64,000 nucleotides of DNA from Heterodontus francisci (Eukaryota), in assembly GCF_036365525.1 (NCBI RefSeq), contig NW_027140825.1:992001-1056000 (forward strand), given 5' to 3'. A model generated the notes under the pieces. It did not search any database. It worked only from the letters and a program-made list of their open reading frames with translations, and had not been told where the DNA came from. Of this stretch, positions 63,020 to 64,000 are shown in pieces. Every line of letters begins with the position of its first letter. Position 1 is the first letter of the stretch. Made by a program: the position numbers and the translations under genes.

Positions 63020-63420
63020 ACAAAAGAAGAGGAGTAGGCCATTCAGCCCCTTTGTCCCGTTACATAGAAACAGGAGGAGATCATTCTGCAAATCTCGTAA
63101 ATATGCTCTGCACCCTAATAAGGAGCCTCACATTCTCCCTTAAGTGTGGTGGCCAGAACTGGACGCAATACTCCAGCTGGAGCCTAACCTGAGCTTTATA
63201 AAGGTTCACTGCTTTTGGACTCAATACCTCCATTTATGAAGATCAGGATCCCATCTGCTTTACTAACCACTCTCTCAACATGCCCTGCCACCTTCAAAGA
63301 TCGATGCACATGCAGCCTCAGGTCCACTGTTCCTTGCAAACTCTTTCGAAATCTGCCTTTTAGTCTATATTGCCTTTGTCTATCCCTTCAGCCAAAATGC
63401 ATCACAGCGAATTTCTCCAA
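63020..63420 (-). mobile_element. CR1 LINE fragments
   Basis: Antisense LYKAQVRLQLEYCVQFWPPHLR-type sequence. Confidence 0.7.
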
Positions 63421-64000
63421 GAAGAGGGCCCTATAGGACCAGTAACACACAACTGCCTGGAAAACTGTTTATGAAGAATTCAGGAGGAGGTCTCTCAGTC
63501 TTTTGGAGCCTCTTACAAAGGAACATGAGGAGGCCAATTACTCCCCTGCCTCATTGCGCACAAACAGGAGGAGGTTATTGATCAATGTAGAGCTTGTTAG
63601 TAGGAATTGGAGAAGGGTACTTAGTCCCCCTTGAGCCGATTAATATGAACAGGAGTAAGCCATTCAGCCCCTTTGAGCCTGTTGCACAGGAGCAAGAGGA
63701 GGCCAATTCAGTTCCCCCCTCAGTCTGCACAGGTACAGGAGGAGGCCCATTCAGCCCCTCGAATCTGTTAAATAGGAAATGGGTGAGGCCATTCAGCCCC
63801 ATCGAGCCTGTTACATCTGAAGAGCCATCCACATGTGACAGTTTCGCTCAGGCTCTTGTATCCAATTGGGAAATCCAGATGTGGAGATCCGCGTTTCTGA
63901 TTGGCAAATACAAAAAGAGCAATTGCGAATTTAAACCATGCTAATTCCGATTGGTTGAATGAGAGAAGGGGGCGTGACCAAACGCCCCTCACCACCTTGC

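Overview
Eukaryotic, non-prokaryotic DNA: part of a germline T-cell receptor beta variable-gene (TRBV) array from a cartilaginous fish. The elasmobranch assignment rests on an HE1-type V-SINE, HER1/CR1 LINEs and DeuSINE-like fragments. All V genes lie on the + strand as a leader exon, a phase-1 intron, a V exon and a 3' 23-bp-spacer RSS. No D, J or C segments are visible. I find 18 V exons plus one 3' V relic with an intact RSS and one orphan leader. They fall into five families: A (x3, in a ~4.55-kb tandem triplication), two singletons, a 'CACS' family (x2) and a large TRBV30-like 'SQTIHQ...CAWS' family B (11 plus the relic). Twelve look functional, two are open but have crippled RSSs (AACAGTG heptamer; 17-bp spacer) and four are pseudogenes. 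The intergenic DNA is CR1, RTE, Penelope and SINE fragments, micro/minisatellites and six assembly gaps. Most notable: co-oriented CTCF-like motifs, including an RSS-adjacent one amplified into five tandem copies; the expansion and patchwork shuffling of TRBV30-like genes; a V with paired non-canonical CDR1/CDR3 cysteines; a CR1 insertion that deleted a V promoter and left a copied RSS nonamer; and an unidentified coding-like repeat present six times.
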